This document shows, one piece after another, positions 1 through 16,620 of a stretch of DNA of 64,000 bases. Source of the DNA: Macrostomum lignano (Eukaryota). Made by a program: the position numbers and the translations under genes. Location: assembly GCA_002269645.1 (NCBI GenBank), contig NIVC01000300.1:186001-250000 (forward strand), written 5' to 3'. Every line of letters starts with the position of its first letter. The stretch's first letter is position 1. Below the pieces are notes generated by a model, which was not told the origin of the DNA, did no database searches, and saw only the letters and a program-made list of their open reading frames with translations.

Positions 1-720
1 AGCGCAATAAACAGGGAAGCGCCAGACAGAAGTGCCCTCGCCAAAAAGACAGAGGCCTCCACCCAAGAGGCAGGGGCGCCACCCAAGAGACAGGGGCGCC
101 ACCCAAGAGACAGGGGCGGCACCCAAGAGACAGGGGCGCCACCCAAGAGACAGGGGCGCCACCAAGAGACAGGGGCGCCACCCCAGAAACAGAGGCGCCA
201 CCCAAGAGACAGGAGCGCAATAAACAGGGAAGCGCCAGACAGAAGTGCCCTCGCCAAAAAGACAGAGGCCTCCACCCAAGAGGCAGGGGCGCCACCCAAG
301 AGACAGGGGCGCCACCCAAGAGACAGGGGCGCCACCCCAGAAACAGAGGCGCCACCCAAGAGACAGGAGCACAATAAACAGGGAAGCGCCAGACAGAAGT
401 GCCCTCGCCAAAAAGACAGAGGCCTCCACCCAAGAGGCAGGGGCGCCACCCAAGAGACAGGGGCGCCACCCAAGAGACAGGGGCGCCACCCCAGAAACAG
501 AGGCGCCACCCAAGAGACAGGAGCGCAATAAACAGGGAAGCGCCAGACAGAAGTGCCCTCGCCAAAAAGACAGAGGCCTCCACCCAAGAGACAGGGGCGC
601 CACCCCAGAAACAGAGGCGCCACCCAAGAGACAGGAGCGCAATAAACAGGGGAGCGTCAGACAGAAGTGCCCTCGCCAAAAAGACAGAGGCCTCCACCCA
701 AGAGGCAGGGGCGTCACCAA
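1..720. repeat. Composite GC-rich tandem repeat (~20-bp ACCCAAGAGACAGGGGCGCC subunits inside a 115-215-bp higher-order unit)
   Basis: AGC(G/A)CAATAAACAGGG recurs at about 1, 214, 368, 522 and 636, separated by variable numbers of ~20-bp subunits. Confidence 0.9.
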
Positions 721-1224
721 GCCTCAACATCTGTAGAGTAAATGCCTAAGCGCGATAAATTTATTAAATGAAAAAGCATTCATTGTTTTTAATTTTGCTT
801 TATTGAAAGTTAAATGCGGCGGGGGTTTTCCGCTGCCAACCAGCCGGCCGCCCCTGCAGAAGTTATCCTGCAGGACTTCAACTGTCACACCGGGCCAATT
901 CTGTTTGCCAAACCGCCCACGCATTCATCTGCCCGACTGTGCCCGCCTAGCAACAGAAAGAGCTCGGGGATCTCAGGTATCAAAGACTGCAGAAGTAGGC
1001 CTGCTTTTTTCGCGCCAATTTTCAAGCTGTGAATCTGCAAAACTTACTGGCGCTTTTTTGCGCCGCTTTCGCTTTGAGTCTCGCCTGACGGAACCCGACG
1101 CTTCCTGGCTATAAAGCGATTCTTTGTTGCAAAAAAGCGAAAATGAAAGTCGCTTCATGCCCGTGAAAAGTCCTTTTGCCTTTTGCTGTTTGCCTCAATG
1201 TGTTCTAGTTAATGTCCAAGTATA

Positions 1225-2245
1225 TCTCTGTGTCTGTCTCGGAGCATGTTTCAGTGTCTGTCTCAGTGTCTGTCTCAGTATCAGTCTCAGTGTCTGTCTC
1301 AGTGTCTGTCTTAGTGTGTGTCTCAGTGTCAGTCTCAGTTTGTGCCTGAGTATCAGTCTCAGTGTGTGTCTCAGTATCAGTCTCAGTGTGTGTCTCAGTG
1401 TCAGTCTCAGTGTGTGTCTCAGTATCAGTCTCAGTGTGTGTCTCAGTGTCTGTCTCAGTGTGTCTCAGTGCCTGTCTTAGTATCTGTCTCAGTGTGTGTC
1501 TCAGTATCAGTCTCAGTGTGTGTCTCAGTGTCTGTCTCAGTATCAGTCTCAGTGTCTGTCTCAGTGTCTGTCTCGGAGCATGTTTCAGTGTCTGTCTCAG
1601 TGTCTGTCTCAGTATCAGTCTCAGTGTCTGTCTCAGTGTCTGTCTTAGTGTGTGTCTCAGTGTCAGTCTCAGTTTGTGCCTGAGTATCAGTCTCAGTGTG
1701 TGTCTCAGTATCAGTCTCAGTGTGTGTCTCAGTGTCAGTCTCAGTGTGTGTCTCAGTATCAGTCTCAGTGTGTGTCTCAGTGTCTGTCTCAGTGTGTCTC
1801 AGTGCCTGTCTTAGTATCTGTCTCAGTGTGTGTCTCAGTATCAGTCTCAGTGTGTGTCTCAGTGTCAGTCTCAGTGTGTCTCAGTATCAGTCTCAGTGTG
1901 TGTCTCAGTGTCTGTCTCAGTGTGTCTCAGTGCCTGTCTTAGTATCTGTCTCAGTGTGTGTCTCAGTATCAGTCTCAGTGTGTGTCTCAGTGTCTGTCTC
2001 AGTATCAGTCTCAGTGTCTGTCTCAGTGTCTGTCTCAGTGTGTGTCTCAGTGTCTGTCTCAGTGTGTGTCTCAGTGTCTGTCTCAGTATCAGTCTCAGTG
2101 TCTGTCTCAGTGTCTGTCTCAGTGTGTGTCTCAGTGTCTGTCTCAGTGTCTGTCTCAGTGTGTCTCAGTGCCTGTCTTAGTATCTGTCTCAGTGTCTGTC
2201 TCAGTATCAGTCTCAGTGTCTGTCTCAGTGTCTGTCTCAGTGTCT
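1225..2245. repeat. Minisatellite of 10-12-bp units (TGTCTCAGTG[TC]) with higher-order duplication
   Basis: Continuous TGTCTCAG-based array; the overlapping ORFs (SVCL/QCLS) are repeat translations. Confidence 0.95.
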
Positions 2246-2323
2246 TAGCGCCTGTCTGTCTTACCTGTCTTGGATTTGCTAGGGTCTTTCTTTGTGACTT
2301 TATGACTTGTCTCATCTCTCCAG

Positions 2324-2613
2324 GATGACGGAGTGGCGCAAGAATCATAAACTTATTTTGGAGCACCAGAGTAAGGAGAAGGCGGCATCTCACATGTCTC
2401 CAAAGTCACTCAAGCTGAAAATCCGTCAGCAGGTGAGCAACGCTGCTTTTGCCAGCAATTCTCGGTCCTGAGCAGTCACGCAAGGCTGTTGATCAGCGCT
2501 CAGATTGCGCTGCTGCGTCAGTGAAGCTGCAGCTGCTTCGACTCAATTTCTTTGATGCTTTTAAGAAACTTGAAGATTTTGCTCACGCGATTTCCTGTGC
2601 CATCGAATTCCAG
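2324..2613 (+). CDS. Putative pair of coding exons of an unidentified gene (2324-2432, 2476-2613)
   Basis: TCTCCAG acceptor, open frame MTEWRKNHKLILEHQSKEKAASHMSPKSLKLKIRQQ, GTGAGC donor, 43-nt intron, CAG acceptor, phase-compatible SRKAVDQRSDCAAASVKLQLLRLNFFDAFKKLEDFAHAISCAIEFQ, GTTTGA donor. No family recognised. Confidence 0.3.
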
Positions 2614-2707
2614 GTTTGACCTGATAGCTGAAGCCTCGGGGATGTCAGCAACTCCGGTTCGAGCTGACAACAGCAGAGCTGCCTCACAGGATTCTAGGAA
2701 AGAGCAT

Positions 2708-3769
2708 TTGGGTCAGAGAGGATTGTGGGTCAGAGGATTGTGGGTCAGAGAAGATTGTGGATCAGAAAGTATTGTGGGTCAGAAAGTATTGTGGGTCAGA
2801 GAGTATTGTGGGTCAGAGAGGATTGTGGGTCAGAGAGGATTGTGGGTCAGAGAAGATTGTGGATCAGAAAGTATTGTGGGTCAGAAAATATTGTGGGTCA
2901 GAGACTATTGTGGGTCAGAGAGGATTGTGGGTCAGAGAGGATTGTGGGTCAGAGAAGATTGTGGATCAGAAAGTATTGTGGGTCAGAAAGTATTGTGGGT
3001 CAGAGAGTATTGTGGGTCAGAGAGGATTGTGGGTCAGTGAGGTTTGTGGGTCAGAGAGGATTGTGGGTCAGAGAGGATTGTGGGTCAGAAAGGATTGTGG
3101 GTCAGAGAGGATTGTGGGTCAGAGAGGATTGTGGGTCAGAGAAGATTGTGGATCAGAAAGTATTGTGGGTCAGAAAATATTGTGGGTCAGAGACTATTGT
3201 GGGTCAGAGAGGATTGTGGGTCAGAGAGGAGTGTGGGTCAGAGAGGATTGTGGGTCAGAGAGGATTGTGGGTCAGAGAGGATTGTGGGTCAGAGAGGAGT
3301 GTGGGTCAGAGAGGATTGTGGGTCAGAGAGGATTGTGGGTCAGAGAGGATTGTGGGTCAGAGAGGATTGTGGGTCAGAGAGGATTGTGGGTCAGAGAGGA
3401 TTGTGGGTCAGAGAGGATTGTGGGTCAGAGAGGATTGTGGGTCAGAGAGGATTGTGGGTCAGAGAGGATTGTGGGTCAGAGAGGATTGTGGGTCAGAGAG
3501 GATTGTGGGTCAGAGAGGATTGTGGGTCAGAGAGGATTGTGGGTCAGAGAGGATTGTGGGTCAGAGAGGAGTGTGGGTCAGAGAGGATTGTGGGTCAGAG
3601 AGGATTGTGGGTCAGAGAGGATTGTGGGTCAGAGGATTGTGGGTCAGAGAGGAGTGTGGGTCAGAGAGGATTGTGGGTCAGAGAGGATTGTGGGTCAGAG
3701 GATTGTGGGTCAGAGAGGATTGTGGGTCAGAGAGGATTGTGGGTCAGAGAGGATTGTGGGTCAGAGAGG
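2708..3769. repeat. 17-bp minisatellite (GAGAGGATTGTGGGTCA)n
   Basis: About 60 near-identical units read directly. Confidence 0.95.
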
Positions 3770-4126
3770 ATTTTTCGGGCAAATGACAGTGTGTCAGAAA
3801 TTAATAAGATAAATCAATGCCTGAAGGAATGTTTTCAGGAAAAAATTAAAAACTATAATTGATTTGAATTAATATTAAATAAGCACAATGTAACTGAACT
3901 GAATTATCGCAGGAAAACATTGAAAAAAAGTTTATCAAAGCATCGACTGACGAATTGATTTTGCAAAATGTTCTGCTTAGGCAGCTGGTTTTGATAGTTA
4001 AAAGTTGGATAATTAGATTTTGTTTAATAAGGAAGGGATTGATTAGGAACTCTAGGGATTAGGTGAACCGAAAAATACATTTTATCTGAAATCTAAAAGT
4101 TAGAAGATACAGTAGATCAAAATGAT

Positions 4127-4410
4127 CCAGGAGATCAAAATGATCCAGGAGATCAAAATGATCCAGGAGATCAAAATGATCCAGGAGATCTAGGAAATCT
4201 AGGAGATCTAGGAGGTCTAGGAGATCTAGGAGATCTAGGAGATCAAAATGATCCAGGAGATCTAGGAGATCTAGGAGATCTAGGAGATCTAGGAGATCTA
4301 GGAGATCTAGGAGGTCTAGGAGATCAAAATGATCCAGGAGATCTAGGAGATCTGGGAGATCTAGGAAATCTAGGAGGTCTAAATGATCCAGGAGATCTAG
4401 GAGATTTTGG
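4127..4410. repeat. 9/18-bp minisatellite (GGAGATCTA / GATCCAGGAGATCAAAAT)
   Basis: Direct tandem repeats. Confidence 0.9.
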
Positions 4411-4635
4411 AGATTTGGTGCTCTAGGAAATCTATGAAATCTATGATGTCAAGAAATTCAAGTTTCATAACGTACAGCCCCATCAAGCCGTCCTGCAGGA
4501 CTCGAACCTGCCGCTTCCTGTCCGCCTTTTGGCCCAGGATGAACAGGACTCCTGGTTCACGCCGGGGCTGTACACCGGCAGGACGGCCGGCTGCTGATGT
4601 TGCACCCACTCAAGTAGCAGCAGGCTGGCGAAGAG

Positions 4636-6605
<1,970 letters not shown>

Positions 6606-7200
6606 GTGAGAGAGGGTGTCATTGCGGGTAGTAGAGAGGTTTTTTAAAAAGGATTCAAAGACAAAAGTTTCTGTGATTCAAAACATTAATCAAACTCGCG
6701 TCGCGACCTCAGCATCTGTAATGACACCAGCAGGAGCTGCAGTGGTAGCGCACTGAAGTGCAGAATGTTGGACTTTCATTGCACCAACCAACCAGAAATT
6801 GTTTAGTTAAGAACAAGCAGGTGCTCCAGCACCGTCAGCAAGTGCTGCAGAAATTGAAGTAGGAGTCGGTGGGGCTCGTGAAAGATGAGGGCTAGCAAAC
6901 ATTCCCAATCTCCATCTGCCACAAATGACACTACCTGAGAGCTTCAGCTGCTTTCCTTGGCTGCTGCAGAACCGAACAAACTCTAAGAAGTATTGACAGG
7001 GCAAACAGACAGACGATGCCAACCCGTTTCACATTTTTGGTAGTGAAAATTTTTTAACGTTTCTACTTAGCATAATGCACTACTGAAAGTAGATAAGTTT
7101 GCATTTGTCACGTTTAAAATCGTTTGAATGATGCTCGTAGATCATCAGCTACGAGATGCTCGTAGCTGAAGTTAAATTTAAGGGGATGGAGAATGAGAAC

Positions 7201-7285
7201 GTCAGGGTAGACAGCGGATTGTCAGGGTAGACAGCGGATTGTCAGGGTAGACAGCGGATTGTCAGGGTAGACAGCAGATTGTCAG
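7201..7285. repeat. 20-bp tandem repeat GTCAGGGTAGACAGCGGATT, about 4 copies
   Basis: Direct tandem copies. Confidence 0.85.
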
Positions 7286-7833
7286 GGTAGACAGCGGATT
7301 GTCTGTCTCACCTGGTTCTTACCTGGTTCCTGGTTCTTCATCTGTAACCAGGAAAATTAGAAAAACGAAAAGATACCCAATTCAAAACTGTTTCCAGATT
7401 TTAAGTACAATTGGTGGCTTTGAGAGTCACAATAAAATAAAATGAAAATTCTTAAATATTTTAGCCATGAAAGTAAAAAATTCTTTTTTCATTGCATTAA
7501 AATCAGTCTTTGCACTCAAAAATCACGTAAAGGTAAAATATTCAGAAAATGCCACTTGAAATATTAGTGTTAAAATATGTATTAATAAATTTTGAGTTTT
7601 TATTACTTTTTAATTATTTTTTTAGATTGCAATGAATTAGCGATTTTCCCAAAACTAATAATTGACGAAAATCAGGCGTTTAGAGAATTATGATAATAAT
7701 AATAATGTACACACACATAATCACACATGCATGTACACATTCTACGCATAACATATTCGTAATTTCTGCTACTACTGCCAATGCATTGAAAGCTTTTGTC
7801 AGCAATCTTTACTGGCAATACAGTCTGCATGGC

Positions 7834-7834
<1 letters not shown>

Positions 7835-7872
<38 letters not shown>
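7835..7872. repeat. (CA)n microsatellite
   Basis: Pure AC run. Confidence 0.95.
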
Positions 7873-7875
<3 letters not shown>

Positions 7876-8571
7876 GTAAACTGAAACTTGATCCGCGGCC
7901 TCAATCTCCTTGTTGCAAACACTCCGGATATACAGCATATCGATTGAGGCTAATGTGAGACAGACCTTAGCAAGCGATTGCGCATGCGGGCTGCTTGGTC
8001 ATTTCCTCTCACAACCAGACCGGAAAGGCAGGACTGATTGAGAAGTCGATTTATTATTAATCAATCATAATTTTGCTCTCAACTCTCTGAGAAGATTTTC
8101 TCTTCAAGTCGTTCCTGTACTTCTACACGGTTCGGCCAGGCTGCTCAGCTGACCTGCGTTCAAGCCTGCAACTTTTGGCACGCGATCGGTCGCTCCACCT
8201 GTCAGTAATTGATGGAGACAAGCAAGCAGCGGATTCCCTCTCCGCTCTGCAGCGTCCGTCAGCCTCAGCGCTTGCGTGTGGGGGAGCCTACGGGGTCTTC
8301 ACTGTTCCAGCGTTCGGTGCTGCCTTCAGGCCTCACATCAATTGCTGGGGAGGCTGCACGACTAAATGCAGCTGCCTAGCAACCAGCTGCTGTAGGCAAA
8401 CTCTCGCCATTGGATTTCTGCAGATGCAAATGCATGCGCTGTGCCGCGGGAGGGGGGCTGAGCGCCACGATCCCTGGCTCGAATACATGCGAATTCGTTT
8501 TTGAGGCTGGTGTGCCCGAAAATTGGCTCAGGGGGTTGTGGTTCACAGCCATGAGGGCCAGCCTCCAAGGC

Positions 8572-9108
8572 AGAGTGACGGAGTGACAGAGTGATAGTGT
8601 GACAGTGACAGAGTGACAGCGTAACAGTGACAGAGTGATAATGTAACAGTGACAGAGTGATAGTGTGACAGTGACATAGTGATAGCGTAACAGTGTCAGA
8701 GTGACAGAGTGACACAGTGACAGAGTGACAGAGTGACAGTGATAGTAACAGTGACAGAGTGATAGTGTAACAGTGACAGAGTGATAGTGTAACAGTGGCA
8801 GAGTGGCAGAGAGATAGACTGACAGAGTGACAGGGACAAAATGACAGAGTGACAGAGTGATAGTGTGACAGGGTGACTGACGGACAGAGTAAAAATGTTA
8901 CAGAATGACAAAGTGATGGTGTGACACTGACAGAGTGAAGCTGTGATAGAGTGAAAGAGTGACAGAGTAACAGAGTGACAGAGTAAAGCTGTGACAGTAA
9001 CAGAGTGACAGAGTAACACAGTGATAGAGTGACAGAGGGATAGAGTGACAGAGTGACAGAGTGACAGAGTGACAGAGTGACAGAGTGACAGAGTGACAGA
9101 GTGGCAGA
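8572..9108. repeat. Degenerate (GTGACAGA)n satellite
   Basis: 8-bp core with many variants. Confidence 0.9.
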
Positions 9109-9908
9109 GGTCGCTGCCTCAGTGAAGTGAAGAAGTCCCGAGCCCCAGTGAAGAGCCCGATGAATCAGAGGAGGTGAGAGGCTCAGAGTCTCAGTCTCAG
9201 CATCCCGAGTCCTGTTTGCTCAGCGGTCTGCAATCACAAAAGCCTCAACTCGCCGCGGGATGAGGCAGAAGAGCGGTGAGTTGGAGAGGGGGAAGAACTC
9301 GCGCTAAGGAGACTCCGAGCGAGCCCGAGTGCGCAGCCGAGGAGGCGGGGCTTGTAAAAGAGGAAAGCAAGAAAAAGCGAGGCAGAGGATGAAAGCAGGT
9401 GGAACGAGTCGCATGCACCTGCGGCCGAGGCTGGACGGGAGAATTATCCCCACAGCCTCGATGGGAAACCGATCTGCCTACTTCGCTTTGCCTTCCGCAT
9501 TCGTGGGGCCGGGAAGGAGGGCGATAGGGAGGGGAGAGCCGTGACCGACCGGCCTGGGGACCTCGGACGGTTCGGGTGGCATTCGAATCCCACTGCTGGG
9601 GAGATGAAGCATTCTCTCTCGAGTCTCCAAGGCCCGACTTTCTGTCGCTTTTTTCTTTCGATGCGTCGCCGCGGTTTCCCACCCTCACCCCCCCCCCCTG
9701 ACCGGCCGGCGCCCCGCTGGCTGCCTATTTACCTGGGATTTTGCGAGGGGGGGGGGTTAATCCGGGCAAATTGGATGAAAATGGCTCAATTAATTTCGGC
9801 ATTTCACCGGGCAGATCGGGGGAGAAAACCATTCGGAATTCATCGGCTAAATCGAGCGATGAAGACAAAAGTCCTTGTGGGCCAAAACCAGAGAGAATAG
9901 ACAGACAA

Positions 9909-10750
<842 letters not shown>

Positions 10751-11209
10751 AAGCTGGCCAGTCGTGTGCAGACGGGCTGCACAAGTTTGGCAAATCAATG
10801 GAAAGATGAAGCAAGTCGCAGAGAGTGAATGAGTTCATGGAAAACTAGTTATTCTACAATTTGATGCAGCGCAGAGGCTGCGTGCCCGAGGGGACCCAGC
10901 CTGGAGAGAAGAAGGGATTGGGGATCTCGGACAGGGTGGGGGCAGGGGAGCCGAGCAGTCCCGGCCAACTGGCTCGCGGGGGCGATTTTCGCACGGGTCG
11001 CTCTGAGTGGCGGGCGCGAGTGGCCGCATGCAGTGTGAATTAAAGCTTTGGAGGGCCGGCCAGTCACCCAGCCAGGTCCGGCGATTCCCTTCAGTCCTGC
11101 TCTGCTGGCCAAGGTGAGTCAAGGTGAGCGCCTGATTTTGAATTCCTGCAGTAGTGCGTTGCATTTCCTTTCATTTGTGGTTGCTGGAGTGGCAATTTGG
11201 AGAGGTAGG

Positions 11210-12600
11210 GGGAGAGAGAGATGAGAAAAGAAAGAGGTAGACTTAGAGGGAGAGTGAGAGTGAGAGAGAGGTAGACTTAGAGGGAGAGTGAGAGTGAGAG
11301 AGAGGTAGACTTAGAGGGAGAGTGAGAGTGAGAGAGAATGAGAATGAGAGAGAGGGGGAGGGGGAAGAGAGAGTGTGTGTGTGTGAGAATGAGAATGAGA
11401 AATTGAGGGAGATTGAGAGTGAGAGCGAGAGTGAAAGAGAGGGAGAGCGAGAGTGAAAGAGAGTGAGAGCGAGAGTGAAAGAGAGGGAGAGCGAGAGTGA
11501 AAGAGAGGGAGAGCGAGAGTGAAAGAGAGGGAGAGCGAGAGTGAAAGAGAGCGAGAGCGAGAGTGAAAGAGAGGGAGAGCGAGAGTGAAAGAGAGGGAGA
11601 GCGAGAGTGAAAGAGAGCGAGAGCGAGAGTGAAAGAGAGGGAGAGCGAGAGTGAAAGAGAGCGAGAGCGAGAGTGAAAGAGAGCGAGAGCGAGAGTGAAA
11701 GAGAGGGAGAGCGAGAGTGAAAGAGAGCGAGAGCGAGATTGAAAGAGAGGGAGAGCGAGAGTGAAAGAGAGGGAGAGCGAGAGTGAAAGAGAGCGAGAGC
11801 GAGAGTGAAAGAGAGGGAGAGCGAGAGTGAAAGAGAGGGAGAGCGAGAGTGAAAGAGAGCGAGAGCGAGAGTGAAAGAGAGGGAGAGCGAGAGTGAAAGA
11901 GAGGGAGAGCGAGAGTGAAAGAGAGCGAGAGCGAGAGTGAAAGAGAGCGAGAGCGAGAGTGAAAGTCAGAGTGAGAGTGAGAGAGGGAGGGACGCGAGAG
12001 AGAGTGAGACGGAGGCTCCAGAGAGAGAGGGAGAGGGAGAGTGAGACGGAGGCTCCAGAGAGAGGGAGAGGGAGAGTGAGACGGAGGCTCCAGAGAGAGG
12101 GAGAGGGAGAGTGAGACGGAGGCTCCAGAGAGGGGGAGAGGGAGAGTGAGACGGAGGCTCCAGAGAGAAAGAGAGGGAGAGAGAGACGGAGGCTCCAGAG
12201 AGAGAGGGAGAGGGAGAGTGAGACGGAGGCTCCAGAGAGAGAGGGAGAGGGAGAGTGAGACGGAGGCTCCAGAGAGAGAGGGAGAGGGAGAGTGAGACGG
12301 AGGCTCCAGAGAGAGAGGGAGAGGGAGAGTGAGACGGAGGCTCCAGAGAGAGGGAGAGGGAGAGTGAGACGGAGGCTCCAGAGAGAGGGAGAGGGAGAGT
12401 GAGACGTAGGCTCCAGAGAGAGGGAGAGGGAGAGTGAGACGGAGGCTCCAGAGAGAGGGAGAGGGAGAGTGAGACGTAGGCTCCAGAGAGAAAGAGAGGG
12501 AGAGTGAGACGGAGGCTCCAGAGAGGGGGAGAGGGAGAGTGAGACGTAGGCTCCAGAGAGAAAGAGAGGGAGAGTGAGACGGAGGCTCCAGACAGAGGGG
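11210..12600. repeat. Polypurine GA-rich compound satellite (~22-bp GAGAGGGAGAGCGAGAGTGAAA array, then ~32-34-bp GAGAGTGAGACGGAGGCTCCAGAGAGAGGGAGAGG array)
   Basis: Strand-biased purine arrays read directly. Confidence 0.95.
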
Positions 12601-13244
12601 GCAGAGAGGGAGTCCGATAGAGCCAATGGGTCACTGTGAGAAGCAAGGATTGACTGACAGTCGGAGAAGAAGAAGGCGGGAAATGCAGCACAGAAAATGG
12701 GGATTTACAGACAGCCCAAGGAGCCCATGAGCGATTCAGCCGCCAGCCGTCAGTCAGTCTCAGGGACCGCTGAGATGCGGGATGTGAGGCTCAAAACGCT
12801 GTCCAGTTAGGCAGAAGTCGAGGGATTTCGCTGAGTCGCAAAGAGCTGCTCGGGCGACGGAGTGCGAAAAAACTTGCCAACTTAGGTCAGTAAAAGCAGT
12901 CGAGAGCCAAGAAGTCGACAAAGCCACTCGCTCGGATGCAGAAAGACACAGGAGGACAGACAGTAGCGAGCAAAAAGCAGAAATGTCAGAAGACAGAGAA
13001 ACGCGGTCCTCGGCGCAGTCTTGGGAAGCCTATCAAATTGCCTTCTGAGCTCCCACCCGCATGCTCAAAAGCTCCTCATCCTTTGATGTCGAAGTGAAGC
13101 TGGGGGTTAGTTGAGACTCAAGGGAAGAAGAGTTCATGCGCTGTGGCGCCTTTGAACTTTGGCTGCGGGCCACCCTGGGACGGCTTTCCGGAGGAGCTGG
13201 GGGAGAGAATGCAGAGTGGAGACGGGGGATGGGAGGGGGAAAAG

Positions 13245-13620
13245 AAGAAGGGTAGATAGAAGAGGGGGAGATAGAAGAGGGGAGATAGAAGAGGGGGAGA
13301 TAGAAGAGGGGGAGATAGAAAATTGTCCCGGGATAGGAGAGGGAATTGGATACCCGTAGAAGACTTTTAAATGGGAGAGAGAGAGGGAGTAGGGGAGAGT
13401 GAGACGGGAGAGGGAGAGGGAGAGGGGAGAGTGAGACGGGAGAGGGAGAGGGGAGAGGGAGAGGGAGAGGGAGAGGGAGAGGGAGAGGGAGAGGGGAGAG
13501 TGAGACGGGAGAGGGAGATGGAGAGGGGAGAGTGAGACGGGAGAGGGAGATGGAGAGGGGAGAGTGAGACGGGAGAGGGAGAGGGAGAGGGGAGAGTGAG
13601 ACGGGAGAGGGAGAGGGAAA
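13245..13620. repeat. GA-rich repeats (GGGGGAGATAGAAGA; GGAGAGTGAGACGGGAGAGG)
   Basis: Direct tandem copies. Confidence 0.85.
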
Positions 13621-14204
13621 CATGATCGGAGAGAAAGACAGGAAAGGGGGGGAGCCAAATACCAGATGATGAGGGATGAGAGGGGTGAGAAGGAGAGTGA
13701 GAGTTAGCAACCAAGTCAGAGGTTCAGACAGCCCAGAGAGGCCGCGGTTCCCACGCCCGCGATTCAGCCCTCAATCTCCGTACCTCATCTCCGGGAATGA
13801 ATTGCCGAGTTGGACTCCCTCCAAGTCCTCTCTGGCCCGCGGGCCAGACAGCATGCAATTATCCCCCGCTAATTCGGACAGCCACCCCCCTCCTCCTCCG
13901 CCAGGATGCTGCGAAGCCTCATCTCGATCGGCCTGCTTCTCCTGCTGCTGGGCGCCCCAGGTAAGCAACCCGGACTTCGGGGCCAGTCGCTGCCGGAATC
14001 TGGCAATTTCTGGGACTCGAACTGCCGGCACCTCATCTCATCTATCCATCTTCCCCTCCGATCCTGATGACAGAGCGGCTTGCTTTTTTGCCTTCTTTTG
14101 CATGCAGTGCTTCTTTTGCCATTTCTGGCTGCTTCGTGTACCTGTAAATTCTTGTCTCACATGGCATTCAAATGGCATACTCTCCCTGCTTTGGTCCTAT
14201 CTAT

Positions 14205-14702
14205 CCCCAGTCTCACTTCATCTATCCTCAGTCTCACTTCACCTATCCCTAATCTCACTTCATCTATCCCTAATCTCACTTCACCTATCCCTAATCTCAC
14301 TTTATCTATCCCTGATCTCACTTAATCTATCCCTGATCTCACTTTATCTATCCCTGATCTCACTTCATCTATCCCTGATCTCACTTCATCTATCCCTGAT
14401 CTCACTTCATCTATCCCCAATCTCACTTAATCTATCCCCAATCTCACTTCATCTATCCCCAATCTCACTTAATCTATCCCCAATCTCACTTCATCTATCC
14501 CTGATCTCACTTCATCTATCCCTGATCTCACTTCATCTATCCCCAATCTCACTTCATCTATCCCTGATCTCACTTCATCTATCCCCAATCTCACTTCATC
14601 TATCCCCAATCTCACTTCATCTATCCCCAATCTCACTTCATCTATCCCCAATCTCACTTCATCTATCCCCAATCTCACTTCATCTACCCCTGATCTCACT
14701 CT
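14205..14702. repeat. 21-bp minisatellite ATCTCACTTCATCTATCCC(C/T)
   Basis: About 23 units. Confidence 0.95.
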
Positions 14703-15427
14703 CCAAATTTCCCCTTCCCCGCACAGAAAGGCGTCCAGAATCCCGTCAGCCCGCATGACCGCAGCCTCCTGAATTATTGACTCCGCATCCCGGAGCCGGA
14801 GTCAGTTGCCCGCTTCCGCATGCAACACCCAATCCAGCCAAGTCAATGACACTCAAAAACAGCCCATTGCCTCAGTGCAAACTGGGAATAAATGCTTGTT
14901 GGTTTATTCCTATGCCTAGCAGTGATCGTGGAAGCTATCTTTAAAAATTCCCCAGTTTGGGGAGTTTCCCCCCCCCCCAGCTTCTCCCTCATCACGCGGC
15001 CCCGCAGTCTCCAGCGCAACGAGAGCTCTGTCACTTTCTCGGATGAAGAGAGGCCTCCCAGCCTCACCCGCTGTCCCTCCCCTCCGATGAGCGAAGCTGC
15101 AGTTTTCCCTCTGTTAAGTCGCAGCCTCTCCAAGCGGCTTCTTCATCAGGGGGAGGCAGCTGGGGCAGCGGAGCGGAGCCAACCCGGCGGTGAAATCGGA
15201 TTAAAAATAAGCAAATTGAGTGGGCGACTGCCCCCCCCCCAGCCTCACGGGTAGGTAGCGGCTGAAACTCGCCTCATAATTCCACCGTCCCACCCCCTGC
15301 CACCAGGCTTGCAGTGCAACTTCAAATCGATGCCCGTCTTGCTTTGCCCCGGGCTCCCGCAGCTGCTCTTCTCAAACTTATATTTCAGCTAACATTCCTG
15401 CCCGCCAACTCCCACAGTCGACCCCTC

Positions 15428-16620
15428 CAGTCTACTCCACCAGTCTACTCCACCAGTCTACTCCTCCAGTCTACTCTTCCAGTCTACTCCTCCAGTCTAC
15501 TCTTCCAGTCTACTCCTCCAGTCTACTCTTCCAGTCTACTCCTCCAGTCTACTCCACCAGTCTACTCCTCCAGTCTACACCTCCAGTCTACTCCTCCAGT
15601 CTACTCCTCCAGTCTACTCCTCCAGTCTACTCCTCCAGTCTACTCTTCCAGTCTACTCCTCCAGTCTACTCTTCCAGTCTACTCCTCCAGTCTACTCCTC
15701 CAGTCTACTCTTCCAGTCTACTCCTCCAGTCTACTCTTCCAGTCTACTCCTCCAGTCTACTCCTCCAGTCTACTCCTCCAGTCTACTCTTCCAGTCTACT
15801 CCTCCAGTCTACTCCTCCAGTCTACTCCTCCAGTCTACTCTTCCAGTCTACTCCTCCAGTCTACTCCTCCAGTCTACTCCTCCAGTCTACTCCTCCAGTC
15901 TACTCTTCCAGTCTACTCCTCCAGTCTACTCCTCCAGTCTACTCCTCCAGTCTACTCTTCCAGTCTACTCCTCCAGTCTACTCTTCCAGTCTACTCCTCC
16001 AGTCTACTCCTCCAGTCTACTCCTCCAGTCTACTCCTCCAGTCTACTCCTCCAGTCTACTCCTCCAGTCTACTCTTCCAGTCTACTCCTCCAGTCTACTC
16101 CTCCAGTCTACTCCTCCAGTCTACTCTTCCAGTCTACTCCTCCAGTCTACTCTTCCAGTCTACTCCTCCAGTCTACTCCTCCAGTCTACTCCTCCAGTCT
16201 ACTCCTCCAGTCTACTCCTCCAGTCTACTCCTCCAGTCTACTCTTCCAGTCTACTCCTCCAGTCTACTCTTCCAGTCTACTCCTCCAGTCTACTCCTCCA
16301 GTCTACTCCTCCAGTCTACTCCTCCAGTCTACTCCTCCAGTCTACTCCTCCAGTCTACTCCTCCAATCTACTCTTCCAGTCTACTCCTCCAGTCTACTCC
16401 TCCAGTCTACTTCTCCCAGTCTACTCCTGCAGTCTACTCCTCCAATCTACTCTTCCACTCTAGTCCTCCAGTCTGCTTCTCCCAGTCTACTCCTCCAGTC
16501 TACTCCTCCAGTCTACTCCTCCAGTCTACTTCTCCCAGTCTACTCCTCCAGTCTACTTCTCTAGTCTACTTCTGTAGTCCACTTCTCGATCTCTAGTCTA
16601 CTTCCCCAGTCTACTTCTCC
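15428..16620. repeat. 13-bp minisatellite CCAGTCTACTC(C/T)T
   Basis: About 90 units; the 416-aa ORF here is a repeat translation. Confidence 0.97.

Noticed and set aside
14892-15254. 120-aa ORF starting with a hydrophobic stretch (MLVGLFLCLAVIVEA)
   Set aside because: No recognisable domain, low-complexity remainder and no supporting exon structure.
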